Shown here: positions 47,431-55,680 of the stretch, piece by piece
How the letters are laid out: each line of letters starts with the position of its first letter
How positions within the stretch are numbered: the first letter of the stretch is position 1
DNA from: Candidatus Latescibacterota bacterium
GTDB lineage: Bacteria; Latescibacterota; UBA2968; UBA8231
Assembly (NCBI GenBank): GCA_965203175.1
Contig: OZ241867.1
Span: 3,808,001-3,872,000 of the forward strand
DNA length: 64,000 nucleotides
Direction: 5' to 3'
Translations under genes and position numbers: made by a program
The notes under the pieces: model-generated
Databases searched by the model: none
Seen by the model: only the letters and a program-made list of their open reading frames with translations
What the model was told of the DNA's origin: nothing

Positions 47431-49455
47431 ATGAAAAAAGGGATCCCTCCAATATTCCAGGACCACTTAGAGGCACGGCGCGGCTTAGCTCAGCCCGACG
47501 AGAAGACACCGGGTATCACCTTGCGGGCCGTGTCAATTGGTGCCTTTTTGTCGCTGTTCATCGGCGCGGCCGTACCTTATACCAATATGATCATCAAGGG
47601 CACGGTCATGGCCCACAATTTCAGCACACCGGCCGCCCTTTTTGTATTCTTCGTATTCGTCTTCCTAATAAATACATCCCTGGCCCTGCTAGGCCCTAGA
47701 TTTGCCCTGAGCCGTTCCGAGTTGGCGGTGGTTTACATCATGGCGATGCTAGCCACCTCCGTGCCCACAATCGGCTTTACCGAAAATCTGCTGCCTATCA
47801 TCGCGGGACTCTACTACTACGCCACCCCTGAAAATAAGTGGCAGGAATTGATCCATCCGCACGTGCCTAAGTGGATCGTCCCGCAAGATACAGAGGCCAT
47901 CACTTATTTCTACGAGGGCTTGCCCCAGGGCATGACTCTGCCTTGGGACGCTTGGGTTGAGCCGCTCTTCTACTGGTGTCTGTTCATCTTGTCATTCTAC
48001 TGGGTGTCTATATGCATGATGACCATTCTGCGCAAACAGTGGGTCGAGTACGAAAAGCTGCCCTATCCCCTAGTCCAAGTCCCGCTGGAGATGATCCAGG
48101 ATGACGAGCGAGAGGCGCGTGGCCCTAACAAGAAGCGCTCGCTTGTTAAACCTTACTTTAGGAACCGGGTCATGTGGGTAGGGTTCGCAGTGCCTTTCCT
48201 CATAGGTACAGCGAACGCGCTCAGCGGCTATTTCCCTTTTCTGCCACACATCGACACCCACTCCGAGATGCGTCTGTTCAGAGGCAGCACCTCCTTGCGT
48301 CTCGACCTGAACTTGGGCCTAATCGGTTTCGCCTATCTGCTCAGCCGCGATGTGGCGCTGGGATTCTGGTTCTTTTTTCTGCTATCAACAGTGCAGCGGG
48401 GAGTCTTCAATGTTTTGGGGATACAAAGTACGGAGACCTTGAGCCGGTTTGCCAATTCGGTTGGTCCCTATCTGGCTCATCAAGCCATGGGTGCCATGAT
48501 CGTGCTGGTTCTATCCAGCGCGTGGATGGCGCGTCGGCATCTGCAAGCCGTCTATCGCAAGGTATTCCATCACGATCCGTCCATCGACGATAGCGACGAA
48601 ATTATCCCCTATCGCACTGCGGTCTGGGGTCTGCTCGTGGGTTTGGGGGTGATGGGGACTTGGTTGTGGCAGTCCGGGTTGCCTTTGTGGGTTGTCCCGG
48701 TCTTTCTGTTTGGAATGACGGCGATCTTTATCGCCATCACCAGAGCGGTAGCGGAAGGCGGAATTTCCGTGATTCGCACGCCCTTGACCCCCGCCGATTT
48801 TGTGATTTCTGGAGTGGGCACTAGTGCGCTGGGTGTCTCCGGTCTAACAGGGCTGGCATTCACCTATGTATGGAGCGCCAATATACGCATCTTCTTTATG
48901 CCCTGTTTTGCCAATGCGCTGAAACTAGCCGAGGAGATTAGCGGCAGCAAAAGGGGTCTGCTATGGGCAGTTTTCCTAGCCCTAGTCGTCACTCTGATCA
49001 GTTCGGTGTGGTCTGTGATGACCCTGTCCTATAAGTACGGCGGGATCAACCTTCACCAGTTCTGGTTCGTGGGAGTACCGCGCAATGCATTCAATTTTAT
49101 CGCTCCTAAATTCGTCGATCCGGTCCCGGCTAGCATATCTGGTTGGGGCTTCACGGGTTTGGGTGCAGCACTCATGGGTTTGTTGACTTATATCCGCTAC
49201 CGGTTTGTGTGGTGGCCGATCCATCCATTGGGTTTTGCCACAGGTACGTTCAACATTATGAACTGGGTGTGGTTTAGTATCTTCACCGCTTGGGTGTTGA
49301 AGAGTATCATACTCAAGTTCGGCGGATCCGCGGGGTATTTGAAGACACGGCCGTTTTTTCTTGGTTTAATTTTGGGCCAAGTTGCAGTAGCCGGTTTGTG
49401 GCTGGTCATCGACGGCTGTACTGGAAAGACCGGGAATGTGTTAGGGTATTTTTGA
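47431..49455 (+). CDS. DUF6785/DUF6784-like polytopic membrane protein, paralog 3 of 4
   Basis: YYATPENKW, FYEGL, LRKQWVEYEKLPYPL, RAVAEGG, YKYG, WWPIHPLGF, PFFLGL; ATG at 47431 or TTG at 47425. Confidence 0.75.
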   Translation: MKKGIPPIFQDHLEARRGLAQPDEKTPGITLRAVSIGAFLSLFIGAAVPYTNMIIKGTVMAHNFSTPAALFVFFVFVFLINTSLALLGPRFALSRSELAVVYIMAMLATSVPTIGFTENLLPIIAGLYYYATPENKWQELIHPHVPKWIVPQDTEAITYFYEGLPQGMTLPWDAWVEPLFYWCLFILSFYWVSICMMTILRKQWVEYEKLPYPLVQVPLEMIQDDEREARGPNKKRSLVKPYFRNRVMWVGFAVPFLIGTANALSGYFPFLPHIDTHSEMRLFRGSTSLRLDLNLGLIGFAYLLSRDVALGFWFFFLLSTVQRGVFNVLGIQSTETLSRFANSVGPYLAHQAMGAMIVLVLSSAWMARRHLQAVYRKVFHHDPSIDDSDEIIPYRTAVWGLLVGLGVMGTWLWQSGLPLWVVPVFLFGMTAIFIAITRAVAEGGISVIRTPLTPADFVISGVGTSALGVSGLTGLAFTYVWSANIRIFFMPCFANALKLAEEISGSKRGLLWAVFLALVVTLISSVWSVMTLSYKYGGINLHQFWFVGVPRNAFNFIAPKFVDPVPASISGWGFTGLGAALMGLLTYIRYRFVWWPIHPLGFATGTFNIMNWVWFSIFTAWVLKSIILKFGGSAGYLKTRPFFLGLILGQVAVAGLWLVIDGCTGKTGNVLGYF

Positions 49456-49505
49456 CAGGATGCTCTGCATGCTAGGGAAGGCGCGAGACTAACGGAAATA
49501 GCAAG

Positions 49506-51461
49506 GTGCGTAACATCCGTTCATTAGATGGTTCCAAGCCTCCTCGAATCACCTTGCGTGCTCTGATTCTGGGGGGGCTGACCATTGTCGCTGTATTCTA
49601 CTATCTCATCCTCGAGGTTGGACAAGCATCGGGGTCGGGGAGCTATGTCCGCTCGCAGTTCCCCATGGTGGCCTTTATGCCCTTCGTGCTGTGGCTTTTT
49701 CTCAACGCTGCCTGCGGACACTTATGGCCTCGGCTGGCCCTAAACCGGGGGGAACTGCTGACCATTTTCACCATGCTCTGGGTGGTGGGTGCCCTGCCGC
49801 AGTGGGGCTGGAGCGACTACTGGATTGCCATTATCGGAGCGCCCTTCTACATGGCCACACCCGAAAATCAGTGGTCGGACCTGCTCTTTCCCTATTTGCC
49901 TTGGCGCGTTTTTCCAGACTCCTCTCCTCAGGTTCTGGATACCTTCTGGATGGGGCTGCCGCAGGGGGCGGCGGTGCCGTGGGATGGTTGGATTGGGGCG
50001 ATTATCCAGTGGCTGGGAGCCTCGCTGGGCATGGTGGTATTCGGCTTTTGCTTGGTGGTGCTATTCCAGCGCCAGTGGATGGAAGCCGAAAAACTCACTT
50101 TCCCGCTGGCGCAAATGCCCCTCGATCTAACGCAGGGTTTTGACGGGCCGCGACGGGTGCCCGACCTGTTCCGCTCGGGTCTATTCTGGATCGGCTGCGG
50201 GGTTGTCTTGCTGCCCTTACTCTACAATATCGGCGCGTATTTCACGCCGGGCTTGCCGCTGTTTGAACTCTATACCAAGCGCTTCCATCTCGAATTGCCC
50301 CGACCCTTCCCGGGCCTGACCATTCGGGTTCTGCCCTTGGTTATGGCTTTGACCTATCTATGCCCGCTGGATATCCTCGGCAGCCTAGTTGTCTTCGCCC
50401 TGCTGGCTACTGTCAAGATAGGGCTGATGGATCGGGTGGGCTTAGTCGTAGGTGCAGAGGGTCAACCTTTGACACCGCAGGCGATCCTCTCGCTGGAAAG
50501 CTTGGGAGCCATCATTTTTGTGGCCTGCTGGTCCGTGTATTTGGCTCGCCGGCACTTGCGAGAGGTGTGGCGACAGGTGCGCACTGGGGAGGGGGACCGG
50601 CGCCAAGTCGGGATCTACCGCTTGGCCTTGGCCGGTCTGATTCTGTCGGCCTTCTACGTCATCGCTTGGGCCTGCAGCTTGGGGGCTAGTTTGCCTGTGG
50701 CCACCGGTGCCTTTGTCCTGATGGTGGCGACCTTTTTCGTCACCATCAAGCTCATTGCAGCCACGGGCTTTCCCTACCTCATGCCTAGTTGGCCCAATGC
50801 CAAGGGGAGTTCTTTCATCGTCGATTTGGTGGGCTCGGCTCGCCTGTCGCCACAGGATCTGGTCGCCTTCAAGATGTTCACCGGCCATGCCTTTTTTGGC
50901 AATATTCGCCTGCCGGCTTGGCCAGCCATCCCACACCATCTGCGCATTTTCTCGCTGCGGGATCAGCCCTGGCTGGTGACCGCTACGGTGATAGTCGCCT
51001 TTGCAACGGGTTTTCTAACCGCAGTATGGGCCAGCCTCGAGATGGCCTACGACAAAGGGGGGGCTGTTTTTCTCATGGGTGCGACCGGCCTCTTGGACGA
51101 GACAGTACATCTGCTGCAAAATCCCAAAGTTGGGGATCCGGGGAAGTGGGGAGTCTGGGGCTGGGGCTTGTTCCAAGCGGGGGGCATAGCGCTGTTACGG
51201 GCTCGCTTTCACTGGTTCTCGCTTCATCCCATTGGGCTGGCCTTTCAGCACACCTCGGGCACGTCCATCTACTGGTTTAGCCTGTTTTTGGTCTGGATAG
51301 TTAAACTGCTACTGCTGCGCTACGGCGGAGTCAAAGCGTACCGCAAGGGCAAGCCTTTTTTTTACGGCCTAGGCGTGGGCTATGTAATCGGCGTCGTGTT
51401 CTCGGGAGTAGTGGATGTAATCTGGTTTCCCACGCAAGGCCACAATGTGCATGACTGGTGA
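49506..51461 (+). CDS. DUF6785/DUF6784-like polytopic membrane protein, paralog 4 of 4 (most divergent)
   Basis: YMATPENQW, QRQWMEAEKLTFPL, LHPIGL, K..LLRYGG, PFFYGL. Confidence 0.72.
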   Translation: MRNIRSLDGSKPPRITLRALILGGLTIVAVFYYLILEVGQASGSGSYVRSQFPMVAFMPFVLWLFLNAACGHLWPRLALNRGELLTIFTMLWVVGALPQWGWSDYWIAIIGAPFYMATPENQWSDLLFPYLPWRVFPDSSPQVLDTFWMGLPQGAAVPWDGWIGAIIQWLGASLGMVVFGFCLVVLFQRQWMEAEKLTFPLAQMPLDLTQGFDGPRRVPDLFRSGLFWIGCGVVLLPLLYNIGAYFTPGLPLFELYTKRFHLELPRPFPGLTIRVLPLVMALTYLCPLDILGSLVVFALLATVKIGLMDRVGLVVGAEGQPLTPQAILSLESLGAIIFVACWSVYLARRHLREVWRQVRTGEGDRRQVGIYRLALAGLILSAFYVIAWACSLGASLPVATGAFVLMVATFFVTIKLIAATGFPYLMPSWPNAKGSSFIVDLVGSARLSPQDLVAFKMFTGHAFFGNIRLPAWPAIPHHLRIFSLRDQPWLVTATVIVAFATGFLTAVWASLEMAYDKGGAVFLMGATGLLDETVHLLQNPKVGDPGKWGVWGWGLFQAGGIALLRARFHWFSLHPIGLAFQHTSGTSIYWFSLFLVWIVKLLLLRYGGVKAYRKGKPFFYGLGVGYVIGVVFSGVVDVIWFPTQGHNVHDW

Positions 51462-51469
51462 TACTCAGC

Positions 51470-52759
51470 TCAGGCATTGACCCCATAGACCATCGCTGGA
51501 TTGTCGCAAAAGGCCGCTTGGGCCACGTCGAGGGCAGTCGACTCGGATAGCAAGCCCTCTTCAAGCAGGGACCCTAGCGCATAGGCGAAATTCCGGCGGG
51601 CCATCTGCAAGTGTCCGTAGACCGTCTCGACCTGCTGCAAGTCATCCCCAAAGGCGATAATTTTGTTGTAGGGCACCATCTGGAGCCATTCTCTCAGGTC
51701 TAGCCGAGACCCGAAAGGGGAGATGATGTGGATCCAAGACATGTTCAGATAGACATTGGCGAAGGTCTTGCCCAACACAGCGCCCTCGCGCAGATAGGGG
51801 AAACCAGCGTGGGAGAAGTCAAAGCGGACTTGGGGGAAGGCCTGCAGCAGGGGGATGAGCGGCACTGGGCTACACCCCTCCATGCCCCCATTGTTGCCCG
51901 CTCGCATGCCTAGGTGAAACTGGACAGTCAGATCGGCTTCCGCGGCGGCCTGACAGCACTGGAAGACCAGATAGTCCTCTAGCAATGCGCCTTCTTCCGA
52001 ATCCAGTCCAGCGTAGTCGTCCTGCAACAGACGGTCAAAAATAACGGCGGCTTGGCCGGCGTCCCGCTCTTTGAAGTCCATGCGACGGTGGTAGGATTGC
52101 GACATCTTGACCCCGGCCACCCGGGCCTCCTTCCAGTCTCGGCACACCTGGCGAATTACTTCGACGTGCTGGCGCAGATCGCCGATGGACACATCGTAGT
52201 CGCGCTCGATCGCGTGGATTTGCTCGGCCGTGCGAAGCATGCTGAAGCGGTTGAGGCGGGGCAGGGGCAGGAATAAGGTTCGGTCCACCTCTATCAGATC
52301 TTCCATATTGACCACTGACATTGCGATATTGGCCTGTTGCTGTAGCACCGTTTTGTAGAAGCCCGGTTTGCTATGCGCTTGGATGGCCTCAGAGAGCGGT
52401 CCGACCGTGGCGGCTGTCAGGTCGTCGAAGCCGAGCAGATCGCGGAAGCCGGTCAAGATGCACTGGGAGTACCCGGTCAGGCGGATCCGGTTCCAGTACG
52501 GCTCGAATAGATCCCACCGCTGGTCTAGCGGGCGTCGAGCGTCGAAAAGGGCTTCTTTATTCTCGGGAGAGAGGCCGGCCACCACCAAGTCGGCGGTTGG
52601 GTAGGCGTGGTTGAAAAAGTCGAGGGCGTCCATCTGCTGCGCTAGGCGCTCGGCTTCCGGGCCCATGTGGGAGTGGGAGTTGATGCACGGTATTTTCTCA
52701 ATTTCTGCAAAGAGAGACTCCACCAGTCCCAGAGCTGGCACAGAGACGGTACTTCGCAT
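51470..52759 (-). CDS. Amidohydrolase superfamily protein (amidohydro_2/uronate-isomerase-like)
   Basis: Metal ligands SHSH, QFHLG, FSHAGFPY, NVYLN, NKIIAFGDD. Confidence 0.8.
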   Translation of the reverse strand: MRSTVSVPALGLVESLFAEIEKIPCINSHSHMGPEAERLAQQMDALDFFNHAYPTADLVVAGLSPENKEALFDARRPLDQRWDLFEPYWNRIRLTGYSQCILTGFRDLLGFDDLTAATVGPLSEAIQAHSKPGFYKTVLQQQANIAMSVVNMEDLIEVDRTLFLPLPRLNRFSMLRTAEQIHAIERDYDVSIGDLRQHVEVIRQVCRDWKEARVAGVKMSQSYHRRMDFKERDAGQAAVIFDRLLQDDYAGLDSEEGALLEDYLVFQCCQAAAEADLTVQFHLGMRAGNNGGMEGCSPVPLIPLLQAFPQVRFDFSHAGFPYLREGAVLGKTFANVYLNMSWIHIISPFGSRLDLREWLQMVPYNKIIAFGDDLQQVETVYGHLQMARRNFAYALGSLLEEGLLSESTALDVAQAAFCDNPAMVYGVNA

Positions 52760-52810
52760 GATGGGTGCTTCCTTCTTTGTGGAATCGGGAGTAGAATTTG
52801 CCGCCCGGCA

Positions 52811-55591
52811 TCAATCTTTCAGGCTGGCGTACATTGTCATAAACACGGTACTATCCATTTGTGACCGGTCATCTTTTTCAACGCGCTCGCGGCTGATTCT
52901 ACGGATGCTGTAGCCGAGTTGGGCCGTGAGCACATAGCCTAGATACTGTCCCCTGTTCGAAAGCTGCATAGCTATGACTGTGCTGTTGAAATCCTCGGTG
53001 AATTCACCCGCTGCTAAATCGTCTTCATCAACCACCGAATCTCTGAAGAAGAGTTGTTCTATACCCGTCTCTATGGTCGTTCGCCGCAGAACGGGGAATT
53101 CGAAGGTCAGGAAGAGCAAACCAGTCCATTGATCCCGCACAGGGCGCACACCTCCCATAGAATAGGGAGTATTGTCCTTGAGTAATTCGCTCTTGATCTT
53201 CGGCCGCACCGTCAGAGTTTTGTACTGGTACAGATAGTCGGCCTTATTGATGATCCCGAGGAAACGCGTATTGTCCTTAAAACCTAGGTCGTTGCCTTTC
53301 TCCCGCTGCCTGACGGTCTCGTACTTGAATTTATTGGAAAAATTGACTCCGATATTCGTCCGGCGATCAAGGCCTAGCCAAAAAGTATTGATCCAGGTGT
53401 CTTGGGCGAAGAGGGGGTCGTCTATTGCTTGATGCGCTCCGGGCAGGCCTGGAGCTTGTACCCATTGAAAGAGATCGTCCTGAATGTCGTCTGCCGCCTT
53501 TTTGATCATGTCGAAGATACCCACCCGTCCAATCCGGGCGTACTCCTTTTCAAAGCTGACTAGGGCGTACGTGGTCAGGTTTTGGCGGTCGTCCGAAAGG
53601 AGCTGTTCGCGGGCCTGTCCGGCGGTGAGTTGCAGGTGCGGAGTTACCTGATTGCGCAGGTACAAGTTGTAGCCCTTGCGATCCCTCTTGTAGGGATAAT
53701 CGGGCAGGTTGTCGTTTTCGAACTGGTCGACCCAGCCGTTGTTGTTGAGATCGATACCAAAGAGATATTCAGGGCGGTCTGAACCATAGCGCAGGAAGGG
53801 TTCCTCGTAGTCCGGGAAGCGGTTCTCACTGAAGATGTTGCTATTTTGGTTGAAATCGGAGATGAAATCGTTGTTTTGGTCCCAGCCGGGGAACACGGCT
53901 TCGTCGGCGAAACCTTCGGCGGATCTTCCAGTTCTAGCGGCGCGGAATTCCTCACCCGTCCTAGGATCTTGGTAGCGCCGCTTCTGGTCGGGTTTCTTGT
54001 CTTGATCGTCGTTGTCGTCGACGAAGTCGTAGATGCTCCTAGTCCCGTCTTCGTAATCTACTCGGCCGCTACCGTCCGATATGAAGGGACTGGTATTGTA
54101 GGCCGCGTCCATGTAGAAGCCCTCGATAAAGAGGGACCAAGAGAAGATCGATTTGGACAGATTCATCATCCAGGCTTTGGCGTTTTCGGCGCCGACGAGT
54201 CCCGAGTACGCCTTGTGTGTCTTCACCCGGCGATTGGGATATTTTCTGTACTGGTGGTTTACGTCGAACTCGGTGTAAAAGTCAAATCCCAGGAAATCCT
54301 GGGCCTCGATCGTGAAGCCCAATAGCTGGTTAGCCGTGGGCAAGCCGTAGTTGAAGACCACTTCGCGCTTATTCGATCCGTCCTGAATATTGCCTTCGGC
54401 TTGGGCCATCAGCAGGAAGACCGGCTGTCCTTCAAAGTTGGTCTGCTGATCGGAAGTGATCTCGATCCGATAGTCGTTGACTAAGACCAGTCTGAAGCGG
54501 AGATCCCGGATGTTGTTGATGGCATCTTTGTCGTCGAGAATCACGGCTAGGTCGTTCAAATCGTAACGCAACGTGATCTGTTCCGTACCGTTGGCCGTGC
54601 GCACGCCTTCTATAATGGTGCCCCCCTGCCTATGGGGTGTGAAGCCGATCTCATTGCCGACTAGCACTGTGTCTCTGTCGCCGATAGTCGTCGCTATTTC
54701 TACGTTATCCGCTAGTAGGACACTCCCCCCGACATCATCGGCCGGTGAGTCGTCGCTCAGCCGGATGACAATAGTAGTGATCTGGTTTTGTAACTGCAGC
54801 GAGGTTAATTCCCCTTTGAAGGGATTGCCCTCAAAGCTCTGCACGGTCCCCCGGCCGTTGTGGGAATTGACGAAGACCCCTCCCAAGGTAATGGCATCAC
54901 CTAGCCGGACCCTGGTCCGGCCCCCTATCAGGTTGGTGTAGTTGTTGAAAGAGGCCGGATTGGGATCGGTGATGAAGCCCGGTGCGCTGATGCGGGAAAA
55001 GATACCAGTCAGCTCGACAGCATCCGACATGAGATCGACTTGGGCGCCGTTGTACACGGATTTGCGAAAGGTCATTGGCGTTAGAGTCGTGACCAGTTCG
55101 TCGCCAACGGAAATGGAAAAAGAATATTGACCTTTTTGGTCGGAGGCTACAATCAATGAGTTAAAGAAACCGGCATATGCTCCTCTTTTCAGCAGACGGC
55201 TGCCCTCGGAGATCCTCGGGTGATCCTCGGTCCAGTCGTAAACCAACCATCCTCTGGTCAGGAAATTTCCGTACACGTCGTAGAAATAATCGCCCCAGAG
55301 GCTTTGTGCCACATATCTCTGATAGGGATTGCCAGCGTAGTTAGTGTACTGCCAGGTCTGCCACTGGTACTCCTGATACAGCTCTTGGGGCAGATACCGT
55401 TTCCGCACCGATGGCTCCACGTTGCCCAGCAAGGTCTTGGGGCCTTCAGAGCGATACACCACTGTGCCGTCATTGGCTCGGTACCCTAAGCGAGCCCCAT
55501 AGTTTTGCGCAGCCCATCCAGTAGCGGACGATAGAGCTAGTGCGCAGAGCATCCCCACAACAACATACCACGAGCCGTACCTTCTTAGCAT
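52811..55591 (-). CDS. Family A putative outer-membrane beta-barrel protein (paralog 2 of 3)
   Basis: Signal peptide; YLPQELYQEYQWQTWQYTNYA, TTLTPMTFRK, LSDDSP.D, YGLPTANQ, FPGWDQNNDFISDFNQN, GIDLNNNGW; ends FMTMYASLKD. Confidence 0.7.
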   Translation of the reverse strand: MLRRYGSWYVVVGMLCALALSSATGWAAQNYGARLGYRANDGTVVYRSEGPKTLLGNVEPSVRKRYLPQELYQEYQWQTWQYTNYAGNPYQRYVAQSLWGDYFYDVYGNFLTRGWLVYDWTEDHPRISEGSRLLKRGAYAGFFNSLIVASDQKGQYSFSISVGDELVTTLTPMTFRKSVYNGAQVDLMSDAVELTGIFSRISAPGFITDPNPASFNNYTNLIGGRTRVRLGDAITLGGVFVNSHNGRGTVQSFEGNPFKGELTSLQLQNQITTIVIRLSDDSPADDVGGSVLLADNVEIATTIGDRDTVLVGNEIGFTPHRQGGTIIEGVRTANGTEQITLRYDLNDLAVILDDKDAINNIRDLRFRLVLVNDYRIEITSDQQTNFEGQPVFLLMAQAEGNIQDGSNKREVVFNYGLPTANQLLGFTIEAQDFLGFDFYTEFDVNHQYRKYPNRRVKTHKAYSGLVGAENAKAWMMNLSKSIFSWSLFIEGFYMDAAYNTSPFISDGSGRVDYEDGTRSIYDFVDDNDDQDKKPDQKRRYQDPRTGEEFRAARTGRSAEGFADEAVFPGWDQNNDFISDFNQNSNIFSENRFPDYEEPFLRYGSDRPEYLFGIDLNNNGWVDQFENDNLPDYPYKRDRKGYNLYLRNQVTPHLQLTAGQAREQLLSDDRQNLTTYALVSFEKEYARIGRVGIFDMIKKAADDIQDDLFQWVQAPGLPGAHQAIDDPLFAQDTWINTFWLGLDRRTNIGVNFSNKFKYETVRQREKGNDLGFKDNTRFLGIINKADYLYQYKTLTVRPKIKSELLKDNTPYSMGGVRPVRDQWTGLLFLTFEFPVLRRTTIETGIEQLFFRDSVVDEDDLAAGEFTEDFNSTVIAMQLSNRGQYLGYVLTAQLGYSIRRISRERVEKDDRSQMDSTVFMTMYASLKD

Positions 55592-55680
55592 GGATCCCTC
55601 CTATTGGACTGTGCGCAAAAGGACGGAGTACCCAAAGCAAGATTCTCCCTTGCTCCACAGGTGTAATCAGCGCCTGCCAT

